A DNA stretch of 64,000 nucleotides. It comes from an uncultured bacterium (GTDB lineage Bacteria > CSSED10-310 > CAZUFC01). Made by a program: the position numbers and the translations under genes. How positions within the stretch are numbered: position 1 is the stretch's first letter; each line of letters begins with the position of its first letter. The stretch covers positions 46,570 to 110,569 of the forward strand of contig CAZUFC010000013.1 of NCBI GenBank assembly GCA_964619725.1, in the 5' to 3' direction. Shown here piece after piece: positions 9,146 to 19,912 of the stretch. The notes beneath the pieces were generated by a model that worked only from the letters and a program-made list of their open reading frames with translations, made no database searches and was not told where the DNA came from.

Positions 9146-9685
9146 CTACTCGTTTTCCCTCTTTTCCTCTTCCGGAGCTTCCGATTCTTCTACGGATTCA
9201 TCGGGAGACTCCATCTCCGGTTCTTCCGTCACTTCTTCGGCCGCCTCTTCAGTCTCCGCTCCTGAAGATTCAGGCTCAGTATCGCCGGAATCCTCTATGC
9301 TTGCCGCAGATTCAGCTTCAGTCTTCGTTTCCTCAGCTTCTTCTTCAGCCGCAGGCGCTTCCTCCACTCCAAAAGGTCCCTGGATGGACTCAACCCTGAT
9401 GCCTGTGAAAAGTTGTCTGTGACCTATTTTCCGACGATACTTCTTGCGGCGTTTCTTTTTTCCCACGATTATTTTTTTGCCTTTGCCCTGTTCAACGATC
9501 TTGGCGTTGACGACGGCATCCTCGATGACAGGCGAGCCTATCAACACGGTCTCATCGGTTCCTATCATAAGAACTCGGTCCAATTGAACGCTTGATCCCG
9601 GTTCACCTTCTATTCGCTCAATTCGAAGATAATCATTGGGTTCGATCTTGTACTGTTTTCCACCTGTTTTGATGACAGCAAACAT
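9146..9685 (-). CDS. rplU: 50S ribosomal protein L21 with long acidic C-terminal tail
   Basis: MFAVIKTGGKQYK...GHRQ; about 75 extra Glu/Ala/Ser-rich residues. Confidence 0.97.
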   Translation of the reverse strand: MFAVIKTGGKQYKIEPNDYLRIERIEGEPGSSVQLDRVLMIGTDETVLIGSPVIEDAVVNAKIVEQGKGKKIIVGKKKRRKKYRRKIGHRQLFTGIRVESIQGPFGVEEAPAAEEEAEETKTEAESAASIEDSGDTEPESSGAETEEAAEEVTEEPEMESPDESVEESEAPEEEKRENE

Positions 9686-9733
9686 TGTTCTTTACCTCCC
9701 CGTTAAAACCGCCAGGGTTAAAACGAATGTATA

Positions 9734-9762
9734 ATCATAATTTCTGAAAATTGCGAAGTCAA
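9734..9762 (-). promoter_or_regulatory. Sigma-70-like promoter of the rplU operon
   Basis: TTGACT-17 nt-TATGAT on the minus strand, about 50 nt upstream of rplU. Confidence 0.65.
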
Positions 9763-9881
9763 GCCTTTTCAACACATTTCTCGCTCTTTAAACTCGGTTT
9801 AAAGTGATTTCGGGACTGATCAAAACGGGGTTACACTTCTTTCAAGACTTTTGATAGTTTGTTTCAGTAATAGGAGTCCTT

Positions 9882-9925
9882 ATCGGGGTCGGGATCGAGT
9901 TCGCAATCGAAATCGAAATCGAAAC
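9882..9925. repeat. Degenerate tandem hexamer run (ATCGGG/ATCGAA type)
   Basis: atcggg gtcggg atcgag ttcgca atcgaa atcgaa atcgaa. Confidence 0.7.
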
Positions 9926-10178
9926 AAAATGATGGAAGATTCTGTCGAATTGTAACCGCAAAAGACCTGTTTTTGATCAATGCCGTAACTTTTCTTCACT
10001 AAATTAACCTGTCGCTGTTCAGAATCTGATTCGACACAGCAATTCATATTGCGGTTTTTTTCCTTGCCGCTTATTATTCTTAACAGGGCAGGTAATTTCT
10101 CTGCTGCAGCGCCGTGCGAATTATGGACGGTTCATTGCGCCGGCGTAAATATGAAGTTGAATCCCTGGAGGAAAGATA

Positions 10179-12200
10179 ATGAATGCCCAGCAAGCGAAAA
10201 GTCGAATCGAGGAATTAAGAAAAGAAATTAATCATCATAACTATTTATATTACATCAGAAATGAACCGGCAATCCCGGATGCGGAGTATGACGCTCTAAT
10301 GCGTGAGCTGATGAAACTTGAGGCGGAGTATCCCGAATATGACAGTATCGATTCTCCGACCAGGAAAGTGGGCGCTCCGCCGGTTGGGGAGCTGGGCAAG
10401 GTGGAACATACTTCGCCCATGCTGAGTCTTGATGCTTCATTGAATAAGTCTGATGTTATTCAATTCGATCAGCGCATAAAAAAGGCTGCCGGAGTCGACC
10501 GAATCGAATACTCGGCAGAACTGAAATTAGACGGTTTATCCGTTGAACTCGTCTATGAAAACGGCCTTTTCATAAGGGGCTCTACCAGGGGAGACGGAAG
10601 AATAGGAGAAGAAGTCACCTTGAACCTCAGGACGATTCGATCGCTGCCATTGAGGTTATGGGAAGAAGGGATACCTGTTCCCGGCATGTTGGCGGTTCGC
10701 GGTGAAGTCGTTATGCCTGTGAATGCCTTTCTCCAGTACAATAAGCAACTTACTGAAAAAGGCGAAGCCCCTTTCGCTAATCCTCGTAATGCAGCCGCAG
10801 GTTCGCTCAGACAGATTGATTCCCGCATAACGGCTTCACGCCCCCTGGATATCTATGTCTACGATGTTATGACAGCGGAGGGCGCAGCCTTCTCTTCCCA
10901 CTGGGAAATACTGGAGCAGCTTCCGAGATGGGGATTCAAAGTGACGGAACATTGGAGAAGGTGCAACGACATCAGGGATGCCGTAACTTTCCATTCTGAG
11001 ATAGAAAAAATACGAGAAGACCTCGAAGCTGAAATAGATGGAATAGTGATAAAAGTCAACGACTTGAAGTTGCGTGATCAATTGGGTTCGCGTGACAGAA
11101 GTCCGCGATGGGCCATGGCGTTGAAATTTCAACCCAGACGAGAAACTACCGAAGTTCTGGGAATTGCCGTTCAGGTCGGAAGGACAGGTATTTTAACTCC
11201 AGTGGCTATTCTGAAACCGGTGGATGTTGGAGGCGTTACTGTCAGTCGGGCCACTCTTCATAACTTGGATATCGTCAGGAAATTGGACGTCAGGGTCGGC
11301 GACAAGGTCAAAGTAATCAGAGCAGGTGATGTGATTCCTGAGATTGCCGAGGTCGATAAATCCGCAAGGCGCATTGAGAAAAAAGAATTCAATATGCCAG
11401 ATGCGTGTCCGGTTTGCGGGTCTGCCGTCACCAGAGAAGGAGCTTATTATTTTTGCTCAGGCGGGTTGGCCTGTCCCGCTCAATTGAAAAGCTCCATTAC
11501 TCATTATGCATCCCGGTATGCAATGGATATCGCCAATCTTTCGGAACAAACTGTCGGCCTGTTCGTCAATTTAGGCATAGTAAAACACGTTTACGACCTT
11601 TATAATCTGAAAAAGGAAGAAGTTGAAGAACTGAAAGGATGGGGCCCCAAAGCGACCCAAAATTTGTTGCAGGCCATTGAACAAAGCAAATCCAGACCTC
11701 TTTCTCAATTTATTTACGCCCTGGGCATCAGACATGTGGGTACGCATGTAGCTCAATTACTGGCTGAAAATTTCGGAACCCTCGATGCGCTTATGAATGC
11801 AGATCGCAATACTTTGGAGTCGATTGATCAAATAGGGCCGCGAATCAGCGAGAGTATTGTGTGCTTCTTCTCAGAAAAGCATAACAGGCAGACCATAAAA
11901 GCATTGATGGATTCAGGCGTGAAACCGTTGCCTGTCGAGAAATCAGAATCAAAGAATGGTGACGACAAGAAACCGTATAACCTTTCCTTCATCTTTACAG
12001 GGGGCCTTGAGTCAATGACCAGGGATGAAGCCAAGCGAAAAGTGGAGGCTTTAGGCGGACGCGTCGTTAATTCCGTCAGTAATAAAACAGATTACGTCGT
12101 TACCGGAAAGAATCCGGGGTCTAAACTGAGTAAAGCGAGAAAGTTGAATCTAAATGTTATATCTGAACAGGAATTCATCGATATGGTGAATTCCGGCTGA
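10179..12200 (+). CDS. ligA: NAD-dependent DNA ligase
   Basis: ELKLDG, TRGDG, RGEV, FANPRNAAAGSLRQ, VGRTG, RAGDVIP, C4 zinc finger, BRCT domain. Confidence 0.98.
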   Translation: MNAQQAKSRIEELRKEINHHNYLYYIRNEPAIPDAEYDALMRELMKLEAEYPEYDSIDSPTRKVGAPPVGELGKVEHTSPMLSLDASLNKSDVIQFDQRIKKAAGVDRIEYSAELKLDGLSVELVYENGLFIRGSTRGDGRIGEEVTLNLRTIRSLPLRLWEEGIPVPGMLAVRGEVVMPVNAFLQYNKQLTEKGEAPFANPRNAAAGSLRQIDSRITASRPLDIYVYDVMTAEGAAFSSHWEILEQLPRWGFKVTEHWRRCNDIRDAVTFHSEIEKIREDLEAEIDGIVIKVNDLKLRDQLGSRDRSPRWAMALKFQPRRETTEVLGIAVQVGRTGILTPVAILKPVDVGGVTVSRATLHNLDIVRKLDVRVGDKVKVIRAGDVIPEIAEVDKSARRIEKKEFNMPDACPVCGSAVTREGAYYFCSGGLACPAQLKSSITHYASRYAMDIANLSEQTVGLFVNLGIVKHVYDLYNLKKEEVEELKGWGPKATQNLLQAIEQSKSRPLSQFIYALGIRHVGTHVAQLLAENFGTLDALMNADRNTLESIDQIGPRISESIVCFFSEKHNRQTIKALMDSGVKPLPVEKSESKNGDDKKPYNLSFIFTGGLESMTRDEAKRKVEALGGRVVNSVSNKTDYVVTGKNPGSKLSKARKLNLNVISEQEFIDMVNSG

Positions 12201-12743
12201 ATGAACCGGTTTCAGAGTGCAAAAACAGGCACATGAGTCGTCGTGCGCTTTGCTTTAGAAGTTCTAAACGTGAATCCTGCAGCAGGTTGAAATCGGACGA
12301 GTAAAACATGAGCGCCAAGTACTGGGACCTGAGGTTGCCGCAAGAAATTTGTTAGTTTCTTTCCTTAAACGGCCATTTTTCCCCAACGCTGCGTCAGATT
12401 ACATCTGCTTATGGCGTATTCAAGACGCAAACCCTTTTATGGAGCATTACCGTGAATCAACGATACACTTGAACCTGTTTTGGGACACGACGGGCGCCCA
12501 TAAATTCGTAACGGAGCGTTTTCTGCCTCCAAAAATTCCGAATTTTATAATAATGAAATAATATTTAAAATTCGCGTCGTATATGACCATTTCTGAATAT
12601 TTTATATAAATTCTCCGCCTTTCTGATTCATTCCGTCGAATTGGAATTATGAATTAAATCTCATCAGATAAAAAGCAAAGGCATGAATTATGCTCTGTAT
12701 CTTCCGGTTGGATTTTTTGATCGTTCAATTTGAGGAGGTAAAA

Positions 12744-13328
12744 ATGCAGAACAAAATTTTAGTGTTGAGTTTAATGATTTTACCGTTTCTGCCGGTTCAT
12801 CCTTGGGCGGCGGCGAACGATGCGTTTTTCGGGATGGGACCTCGCGTGGGTTTTTACAGCACGGAGGAAAACGGTAATGATGAACTGGACGGGTATTTAG
12901 GCGTTCAGATGCGTTTTCGATTCAACAGCGTTTTCGGAATTGAAGCTTCATTCGACTGGAGGGAAGATGAGTATACGATAGTGACGCCCTATGAGGAGAC
13001 TAAAATGACTGTAGAACATCATCCCGTTTTGGTTTCCGCTATGTTTGACCTTGTGCCTTTCTCCAGCGTTTCTCCCTATGTGTTGATGGGTATCGGTTGG
13101 TATTACATGGAAGAAAAATATGAAGGGTACGATTATTACTATGAAACAGATGACCGGGATTTCGGATATCATCTTGGAGGCGGAATTAATGCCTACTTCA
13201 ATCCCAACATGTGTTTCAACGCTGATCTTCGCTATAATTTTCTGAAGATAACCGAAGATGAATGGGGAGACTCAGAACTCGATGCCGGCGGTTGGATAGT
13301 CAATATGGGCTTGACGTTTTTCTTTTAA
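12744..13328 (+). CDS. Small outer-membrane beta-barrel (OmpA-like/porin family) protein
   Basis: GAGGAGG RBS, signal peptide, amphipathic strands 'SPYV..G.G', 'FGYHLGGG', C-terminal Phe. Confidence 0.85.
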   Translation: MQNKILVLSLMILPFLPVHPWAAANDAFFGMGPRVGFYSTEENGNDELDGYLGVQMRFRFNSVFGIEASFDWREDEYTIVTPYEETKMTVEHHPVLVSAMFDLVPFSSVSPYVLMGIGWYYMEEKYEGYDYYYETDDRDFGYHLGGGINAYFNPNMCFNADLRYNFLKITEDEWGDSELDAGGWIVNMGLTFFF

Positions 13329-13382
13329 TTTGAAAAGGTCTGCGCCGGATCAATATAAAACCCTCGTGGAAGTTCTAAAAAC

Positions 13383-13426
13383 CGGCCCGTCCCGTGAAAT
13401 TTTTCATGGAACGGGCCGATTTTCTT
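13383..13426 (+). terminator. Intrinsic terminator
   Basis: CGGCCCGTCCCGTGAA...TTCATGGAACGGGCCG followed by T-rich tract. Confidence 0.7.
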
Positions 13427-13460
13427 GGCTTTTCTTTTCGATCAATTGCCATTACAATAA

Positions 13461-14891
13461 ATGATCGAGGTTTGGATTATGAAATTGAAGCTGGAATATC
13501 TTAGGTCAATGCTCAGAAAATTAAGAGTGTTTTTCGAAAGGGAGTTGTGGATAGGCAAAGAGAAAGAAAGGGCTCTCCGTCACAAGATCGTACGAGGTTT
13601 TTTAAGGCGAATATCACTAACAATTGAGGGTTCCATTGATGATCAGATTACGCTCAAGGCATCGGCTCTGACTTATATGACCTTGTTGTCGATCGTGCCG
13701 TTCTTAGCTTTTCTGTTTTCCATCTCGAAAGGATTTGGTATCCAGAAAGCGGTTTTACCCTCCCTGGTGAAAAGTCTGACGGTGGGGCAGACGGCCGTTA
13801 TGGAAAAAATAATCCAATACGTGGAAAACACAGATGTCAAAGCCCTGGGAACTGCAGGACTCGTTTTTCTTTTGTACACCGTAATAAAAGTCCTGGCTAA
13901 TATTGAAAAATCATTTAATGAGATATGGGGCGTAAGGAAAAACCGAACATGGGGAAGAAAATTTACCGACTACTTGAGCGTAATGATGATATGGCCTTTT
14001 CTTATGATATTCGTCACGGGACTCAATACCACATTGACGGGTTTTTCCATAGTCAGAAAAATGCAGGAAATCGCCGTCATCAGTTCGTTCGTTGGGATCG
14101 CTCTGAGACTCATACCTTTTGTGGCCATCTGGGTCGCTTTTACCTTTCTTTACGTGTTCATGCCCAACAAAAAAATCAGATTCTTTTCCGCTCTTCCAGC
14201 CGGTATAATCGCCGGCATCCTATGGCTCGCAGCACAATGGGGGTATATCTACTTCCAGGTCGGCGTTTCAAAATACAACGCCATTTACGGAACTTTCGCC
14301 TCCCTCCCTATATTCCTCGTATGGCTGTATCTCAGTTGGGTCATAGTTCTGCTCGGCGCTGAAATCGCCTGGGCCGATCAAAACGTTTCATTCAAGAAAT
14401 ATCAGGTCATAAGAAAATTCATGTCTCCCAGGGAAAAAGTGGAAAATGCGCTCAGAGTAATCTCGGTAATCACTAAACAATACTATTACGGCAATTCTCC
14501 TGCTCATATTGAAATGATATCGGAAAAGCTGGGTTACACTCAAGAACTGACGGAAAGCGCCGTGGATGACCTTCAAAAAATCGGACTGCTTATCGTTACT
14601 GGTGAAGATGAACAGCAATGCATTCCCGCAGTCAATCCCGAAAACCTTACCGTCGTCGATTTCATACTCAGGTTCTCTGAGGGGCATTTCAAGAAATCCA
14701 AAACCAAAAACGATGAGGACCAGATAACCAGTCAAATTAAAGACATCTTTCACAGCTTTGAAAAAGAATTAAAAAAATTAGAAGATAACAAAAACCTCAA
14801 ACAACTGGCCCTTCATGAATTTAAAAATATGAAAAAAAAAGAAAATAATTCTTTTTCGGTTCACTCCGATTCGCTTGACAATGTTCAATAA
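13461..14891 (+). CDS. YihY/BrkB family membrane protein with C-terminal soluble extension
   Basis: 'ASALTY.TLLSIVP', 'IE.SFN.IW', 'Y.AIYG.FA.LP.FL.WLY.SW.IVL.GAE'. Confidence 0.92.
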   Translation: MIEVWIMKLKLEYLRSMLRKLRVFFERELWIGKEKERALRHKIVRGFLRRISLTIEGSIDDQITLKASALTYMTLLSIVPFLAFLFSISKGFGIQKAVLPSLVKSLTVGQTAVMEKIIQYVENTDVKALGTAGLVFLLYTVIKVLANIEKSFNEIWGVRKNRTWGRKFTDYLSVMMIWPFLMIFVTGLNTTLTGFSIVRKMQEIAVISSFVGIALRLIPFVAIWVAFTFLYVFMPNKKIRFFSALPAGIIAGILWLAAQWGYIYFQVGVSKYNAIYGTFASLPIFLVWLYLSWVIVLLGAEIAWADQNVSFKKYQVIRKFMSPREKVENALRVISVITKQYYYGNSPAHIEMISEKLGYTQELTESAVDDLQKIGLLIVTGEDEQQCIPAVNPENLTVVDFILRFSEGHFKKSKTKNDEDQITSQIKDIFHSFEKELKKLEDNKNLKQLALHEFKNMKKKENNSFSVHSDSLDNVQ

Positions 14892-14897
14892 TCCAAA

Positions 14898-17198
14898 ATG
14901 ATAAACGATTCTCAAAACTATTTTATTAAATATTCTCTGCTGGGCGCTTCACTGGTCCTCCTGTCTGTCGCTTTTATTTTGCTGCTCTATTTTTCTCTTA
15001 ATCAAGGCGACTTCGACGTTATCTTCTTCCTGTCTTCAGGATTGCTTGGAGCGCTCATCTGCATCTATATCGTAACATCGAACATCACGAAGGAAATTAA
15101 ACGTTTATTTTTCTTCCTGTTTGCATTTTTCATCTTCTCCATGGCAGAAAGCATACTGGAAAACATACTCGTCGGAACCGCTGTCCGTCCGTATATCCTC
15201 CTTTTAACCGATATGATTATTCTCGCTTCTCTCGCCTTGAGCGTCCTGCACGTTATAAAACTGAACAAATTGAGTCGTAAATATACGCATCCGCTGTTTA
15301 TCATTCTGGTGTTTATTTTTGCCTCCGGCCTGCTGATTCTTCAATTGAACCGGTTCATCATCAGCAGGATGTTTGTTGCATCCATCAATATGACAGATAT
15401 CGATTCGATATTTTGCGCAATCCTCATGGTTTGCGCCTCTTTCGGATTGGGAATAAGGGCGATGGGATCAGATGACATTTCCAATATTACTCGGATGCTC
15501 GGTTTGACGTTGCTTTTCCTGTTGTCGGGAAGAATGGGCCTGAATATCTACGAATCGAACCGATTCTCACTCTCAATACCAATTATTCAATGCACGGCAT
15601 CAACTGCTTATTACTTGAATTTCATCAGCCTGACCGCGCTCCTGTTCATTCCGCCCTTCATCTCAAAAGCGACCGAAAAAAAGGAAATTTCTAAGGAGCA
15701 TTCCTCCTTGAATATCTATAAAGACCTGCTGGAAACGTCTTCCATGATCTTCGCCTGGCTTGACGGAAAATTCAACGTTAAATGGATCAATCGCGCTGCA
15801 GAAGAACAAACGGGATATCACAGAAATTTATGGTTGAAGCCCGGGGCAGGCTGGCTTGGGTTCGTTTATCCTCCGGATATTGAAAAAGTCCGTAAATTGA
15901 TGACGAATGTAAAGGCTCTGAACAGCAAGTGTAAAGTCAATGCCCGATTCATAATGAAGAATAGAAAAATTAAATATCTCGAATTAACCTGTTTCCCCCT
16001 CGATGTTTTTGCTAATGACGATTATTTCGGTCTTATCCTCCGCAATATTACTCCCCAGGTCAAAAAAAACCTGTACTGGCGTTACAGACTGAAAAAGAAA
16101 AAACTGCTTTTCGATATGCGCTCCATAGCGCTGAAAGCCAAAACCAGAGAACAATTTATTACAAATTCGCTCAGCGCCGCCGGCAAAATGCTTAACGGAA
16201 TACCGGCCGCATGGTACATCAAAGAAGGAAAAAATCCTTTTCAATTGGTATATGCTGTCGATCATCATGATGATTTTAAAAATAATCTGAATGATTATAA
16301 AGGAACCTGGAAAAATTTGAATTTGGAAATCAAAATGATGATCCTCAAATCTTTGGAGAACAATACCAAAACAAACTCAATTAAAGAATGCCTTCTGAAA
16401 TTTGAATTCGAAACTCAAGAAAATGTCGAAATGGCCGTCCTCTTTAAAAAACATATAGTTAATGCTCCCACTGAACTGCTGATCGATCTCCTCAACCTGC
16501 TCAGAAAAATTTTTAAAGGCCGCTATAAAGAAAACTGCCGAATGAGAAACATCAGAGATGGAAAAATCGCATTCGCTCGCCTGAAAAGATTGATGAACTC
16601 CGGACGCTCACCTCTCAACCTCGATTCTTTGCTCGCCTTTCTATCCGCTGAGCTGACCGATATATTCAAATCCCAACAAATTTACTTCTACTTGCACGAA
16701 TCAATGAAAAAACAATTTATTCTGAGGGAAGACAATTCTCCTAATCAAGACATATCCTCCTTGCCGATAAAGCAAAACTTACCCGAAGATGTAGCTGTTC
16801 CTTCCGAGGTAATGGATAGTGATAATTTCGATTTTCACGGCAGAGCCATATTAGATATCGAATCCGAAATAAATGTCGAGAATTGCCTTTTTATTCCCTG
16901 CTACTGGTGGAGAAGACCAAAAGCCATTATCGTTATGATTGACGTGAAAAATAAACAGCTTATGAAACAAAAAGAAATTCTCAAATTCTTATCCATCGTT
17001 TGCGCCTTATTGATTGAAAAAAATCTCCTGACCGAAAAATCTTCTCTGATATCTCAGTCTCTTTCAGCTAAATATAAAATCTTAAGCGAAAATCAGAACA
17101 GAATAACGGAACTCATGGAAAAATACCAAAAAAAGAAATCAGCCTTCGAGAAACTGGTCCGAAAAAAAACAAATTCCGATATGGACAACAATCGCTGA
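14898..17198 (+). CDS. Multi-TM membrane protein with PAS and possible GAF-like domains, no recognisable output domain
   Basis: About 8 hydrophobic helices, then PAS-like 'WINRAAEEQTGY...W...VYPPD'; ends in a coiled coil. Confidence 0.6.
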   Translation: MINDSQNYFIKYSLLGASLVLLSVAFILLLYFSLNQGDFDVIFFLSSGLLGALICIYIVTSNITKEIKRLFFFLFAFFIFSMAESILENILVGTAVRPYILLLTDMIILASLALSVLHVIKLNKLSRKYTHPLFIILVFIFASGLLILQLNRFIISRMFVASINMTDIDSIFCAILMVCASFGLGIRAMGSDDISNITRMLGLTLLFLLSGRMGLNIYESNRFSLSIPIIQCTASTAYYLNFISLTALLFIPPFISKATEKKEISKEHSSLNIYKDLLETSSMIFAWLDGKFNVKWINRAAEEQTGYHRNLWLKPGAGWLGFVYPPDIEKVRKLMTNVKALNSKCKVNARFIMKNRKIKYLELTCFPLDVFANDDYFGLILRNITPQVKKNLYWRYRLKKKKLLFDMRSIALKAKTREQFITNSLSAAGKMLNGIPAAWYIKEGKNPFQLVYAVDHHDDFKNNLNDYKGTWKNLNLEIKMMILKSLENNTKTNSIKECLLKFEFETQENVEMAVLFKKHIVNAPTELLIDLLNLLRKIFKGRYKENCRMRNIRDGKIAFARLKRLMNSGRSPLNLDSLLAFLSAELTDIFKSQQIYFYLHESMKKQFILREDNSPNQDISSLPIKQNLPEDVAVPSEVMDSDNFDFHGRAILDIESEINVENCLFIPCYWWRRPKAIIVMIDVKNKQLMKQKEILKFLSIVCALLIEKNLLTEKSSLISQSLSAKYKILSENQNRITELMEKYQKKKSAFEKLVRKKTNSDMDNNR

Positions 17199-17337
17199 CG
17201 CCTCATCTTAAGAATGCATTTCCAGCAAACCGCCGGTTGTTTTTATTTTTGAAAAATCCGGTTGGTTGATCAGAGACTGGATTCTGCTTGAAAGCTTTGG
17301 CGGGCGTCACCCTTGATAGAGTTCTGATGCTTGTGAT

Positions 17338-18147
17338 TCAATCGCTTTTTAACGGCTTGACTGCTGTGATCAGGCAGGCATATCCCTTTAAGAAACGTAT
17401 CAGTTTATCCAGTCTCGTTATCGAATAGGTGAAGGGATAAATCATCGAATACAGCTTAAATGATTTTTCATGCTTCTTTAGTTCTGCAGCCGAACCCGGC
17501 GATATATGTCCGTCGCGCGCTTCACGGATATTCTTGTTTTTTCTGAGAATTTTCATAAAGGTGAAATTTATGGCCGTTTCAATAAATTCGGTGAAGAAGC
17601 GGGAATATGTATCGGCGTTTTGGATTCGAAAGCCGGTTTTGTCGACCAGGGCTTCAAGTTTTTCCAGTTCATATCCTTCAATGACGTGACCGTAGAGATC
17701 GGGCGTTAAACCGATGCGCTTTTTCACTCGGTTAATGAGGAACCATTTTCCTGCCAGTGGAGTAGAAAGGATGAACCGGCCGCCGGGTTTCAGAATTCTG
17801 TATAGATCGAGCAGGCATTCCTGGTCGTTATGGATATGTTCGAGGAAGTCGAGGGAAACGATCAGATCGAATGAATCATCAGCAAAAGGCAAGGGTCCTT
17901 TGCCGACCATCAGGACATTATCTTGGAGCAGTTGCACCGCGTTTAGAAGATTTTGCATATCCAGATCGGCATGGAGCCACATTCCGCCTTTTTTTCTAAG
18001 GAACCAGCTTAATGTGCCTTTTGCGCAGCCCAGGTCGAGCGCTTTACGGTTTTGATCGAAAGAAATAATTTCATCAAGCAGTTTGAGTTTTTCCTTTTTT
18101 TTGAGACTTTTTTCAAAGATTCGCAACTGCCAGGGTATATTGTTCAT
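17338..18147 (-). CDS. Class I SAM-dependent methyltransferase
   Basis: 'LDLGCAKG', 'LPFADDSFD', 'LEHI', 'RILKPGG'. Confidence 0.9.
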   Translation of the reverse strand: MNNIPWQLRIFEKSLKKKEKLKLLDEIISFDQNRKALDLGCAKGTLSWFLRKKGGMWLHADLDMQNLLNAVQLLQDNVLMVGKGPLPFADDSFDLIVSLDFLEHIHNDQECLLDLYRILKPGGRFILSTPLAGKWFLINRVKKRIGLTPDLYGHVIEGYELEKLEALVDKTGFRIQNADTYSRFFTEFIETAINFTFMKILRKNKNIREARDGHISPGSAAELKKHEKSFKLYSMIYPFTYSITRLDKLIRFLKGYACLITAVKPLKSD

Positions 18148-18148
18148 T

Positions 18149-19171
18149 TCAGCGCCTGATCAACTTTCTTACAAGGTTGTAACCGGCTATGGTTTCACCA
18201 ATAAAGGCCTTGAAGTTTTCCGTCGGTATGCCAAGTATTGTTTTTCTGGTAAGTCTGTCGCATTGGGAGCAGGGCGAATAGGGCGCCGGTTCTTTTTCAA
18301 TCAGTTGTTTTCTTAATCGTTTCATATGATTTCCGTTCCAGATGGAGAAGAGCGGCGTCTCTGCTGCAGAGCCCAAGGTCATTTTAGAATACCAGTCCTG
18401 TGGGCAGGGGACGACGGTTCCGTCCCATAGAATGGTAAGGGCGTACCAGGGAAATGTGCAGACAGATTTTATCATTGGTTTTTGGGTAACTTCATGGTTT
18501 TCATCGAGAGAAATGTTGCCGGCCCAATTATGGGGTCTTTTTATGTATAATTTATCCAGTTCAAGATTTTCAAACATGGAGATGAATTGAGACTTCGCTT
18601 TTTCATCAACAGGCTCCGAGGGATTTTCAATTACCTGGATAATGGTGTAGGGTGACTTTTTATTTAATTTTTTTTTGGTTTCGAGAAACCGGAGTATATT
18701 TCCCAGCACCTTCTCATAATCGCCTCCGATGCGCACTTTTTCATAACCTTTGCTGTCGTAACCGTCGAAAGAGAACGACAATAAATCCACCCCGCTATGG
18801 AGAAGTTCTTCGGTCAAGGCATGGTCAAGCAGCATTCCGTTAGTGTGCAAACGAACAGAGATGCCGCAGCTATGAGCATAATTGATCATATCGATCAGAC
18901 GGGGATGGAATAATGACTCACCTCGATGACTTATGTTCACGTCGTTGACTGATCCGGCAGCCTGAGACATGATATGACGGAAAAGATTGTAATCCATGTC
19001 TCCCCGGGGAGAAGTCCGATCTGTGGAATTCGGGCAAAATGTGCACCGGAGATTGCAGCGGTTCGTCGCCTCGACCCACATTCGAAGAGGTCCATACGGG
19101 AGTTCCAGGGATTTTCTTTTAAAATGATGAAATATTTTGACGGTTTTCCACAATCTTTCAGCAGCTTTCAA
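18149..19171 (-). CDS. Radical SAM protein with SPASM/twitch domain
   Basis: CNLRCTFC, 'GESL.HP', 'TNG.LL', C-terminal 'C.FPW...I.WDG.V.PC..D', CSQC. Confidence 0.92.
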   Translation of the reverse strand: MKAAERLWKTVKIFHHFKRKSLELPYGPLRMWVEATNRCNLRCTFCPNSTDRTSPRGDMDYNLFRHIMSQAAGSVNDVNISHRGESLFHPRLIDMINYAHSCGISVRLHTNGMLLDHALTEELLHSGVDLLSFSFDGYDSKGYEKVRIGGDYEKVLGNILRFLETKKKLNKKSPYTIIQVIENPSEPVDEKAKSQFISMFENLELDKLYIKRPHNWAGNISLDENHEVTQKPMIKSVCTFPWYALTILWDGTVVPCPQDWYSKMTLGSAAETPLFSIWNGNHMKRLRKQLIEKEPAPYSPCSQCDRLTRKTILGIPTENFKAFIGETIAGYNLVRKLIRR

Positions 19172-19286
19172 TTTTTATCCTCTTTTTATTCCCGGTTTTT
19201 TTTCAAACAACCGCTTCCGGTTTTTCCGGAAAATCCTTCAGAAATTCAATTGAAGAACAGAATATTTGTCAAGTTTTTTCGAGTCG

Positions 19287-19339
19287 GCGACTGTCGATAA
19301 AATCGATTCACGATTGAAATTTTAATGCCGCACATGCGC
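19287..19339 (+). repeat. Degenerate copy of the 53-bp inverted-repeat element
   Basis: About 42/53 identical by eye to the reverse complement of 34268-34320. Confidence 0.7.
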
Positions 19340-19484
19340 TCGCAGTCTCTTTTACATGCAAGAATCCAAGGCAGACTATGGAAGGAGGATAGACAGACGG
19401 AAATATAAAAGTTATTATGGAAAGGGTTGCTTATGAAAGCGAACGAAAAAACAAACGGCAAGTGATGGAAAAGGAGGCGATTTT

Positions 19485-19793
19485 ATGTCGAAATTCAACA
19501 TAATGAAACAGGCGAAACAAATGGCGGAGAAGATGCAGAAAATGAAACAGGAGCTGTCTGCCCGAGTCATCGAGGCGTCGGTCGGCGGTGGTATGGTTAC
19601 GGTGCAGGCTAATGGAGAAAATAAGATAATCTCTATTAAGATTGAACCGGAAGTTATCGATCCGGATGATCCGGAAATGCTGGAGGACCTTATAGTTTCA
19701 GCCGTTAATGAAGCCTTGAGGCGCGTTCAGGAAATGGTTAACGAGGAAATGTCTCAGGTTACGGGTGGAATGAACATTCCGGGGCTCTTCTGA
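19485..19793 (+). CDS. ybaB: YbaB/EbfC nucleoid-associated protein
   Basis: 'GGGMV.V..NG', 'D.EMLEDLI..AVNEAL'; upstream of recR. Confidence 0.95.
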   Translation: MSKFNIMKQAKQMAEKMQKMKQELSARVIEASVGGGMVTVQANGENKIISIKIEPEVIDPDDPEMLEDLIVSAVNEALRRVQEMVNEEMSQVTGGMNIPGLF

Positions 19794-19912
19794 TTTTATC
19801 CGAGAAGCCCGGAATTTCGTTCCCTTGCTCAGCATGCGGCCTGAAAAAAAACGGGAAAGTCTGTCCTTTAGGAAATTGTGCCCCTCGATAAAAAATTACC
19901 GGACTATTACTA

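Noticed and set aside
12201-12740. ncRNA or small gene in the ligA-porin intergenic gap
   Set aside because: No recognisable RNA motif; the 70-aa ORF has no clear RBS or protein features
17338-19171. RiPP cluster around the radical SAM/SPASM and methyltransferase pair
   Set aside because: No precursor peptide, RRE domain, peptidase or exporter nearby; more like glycan-associated radical SAM genes
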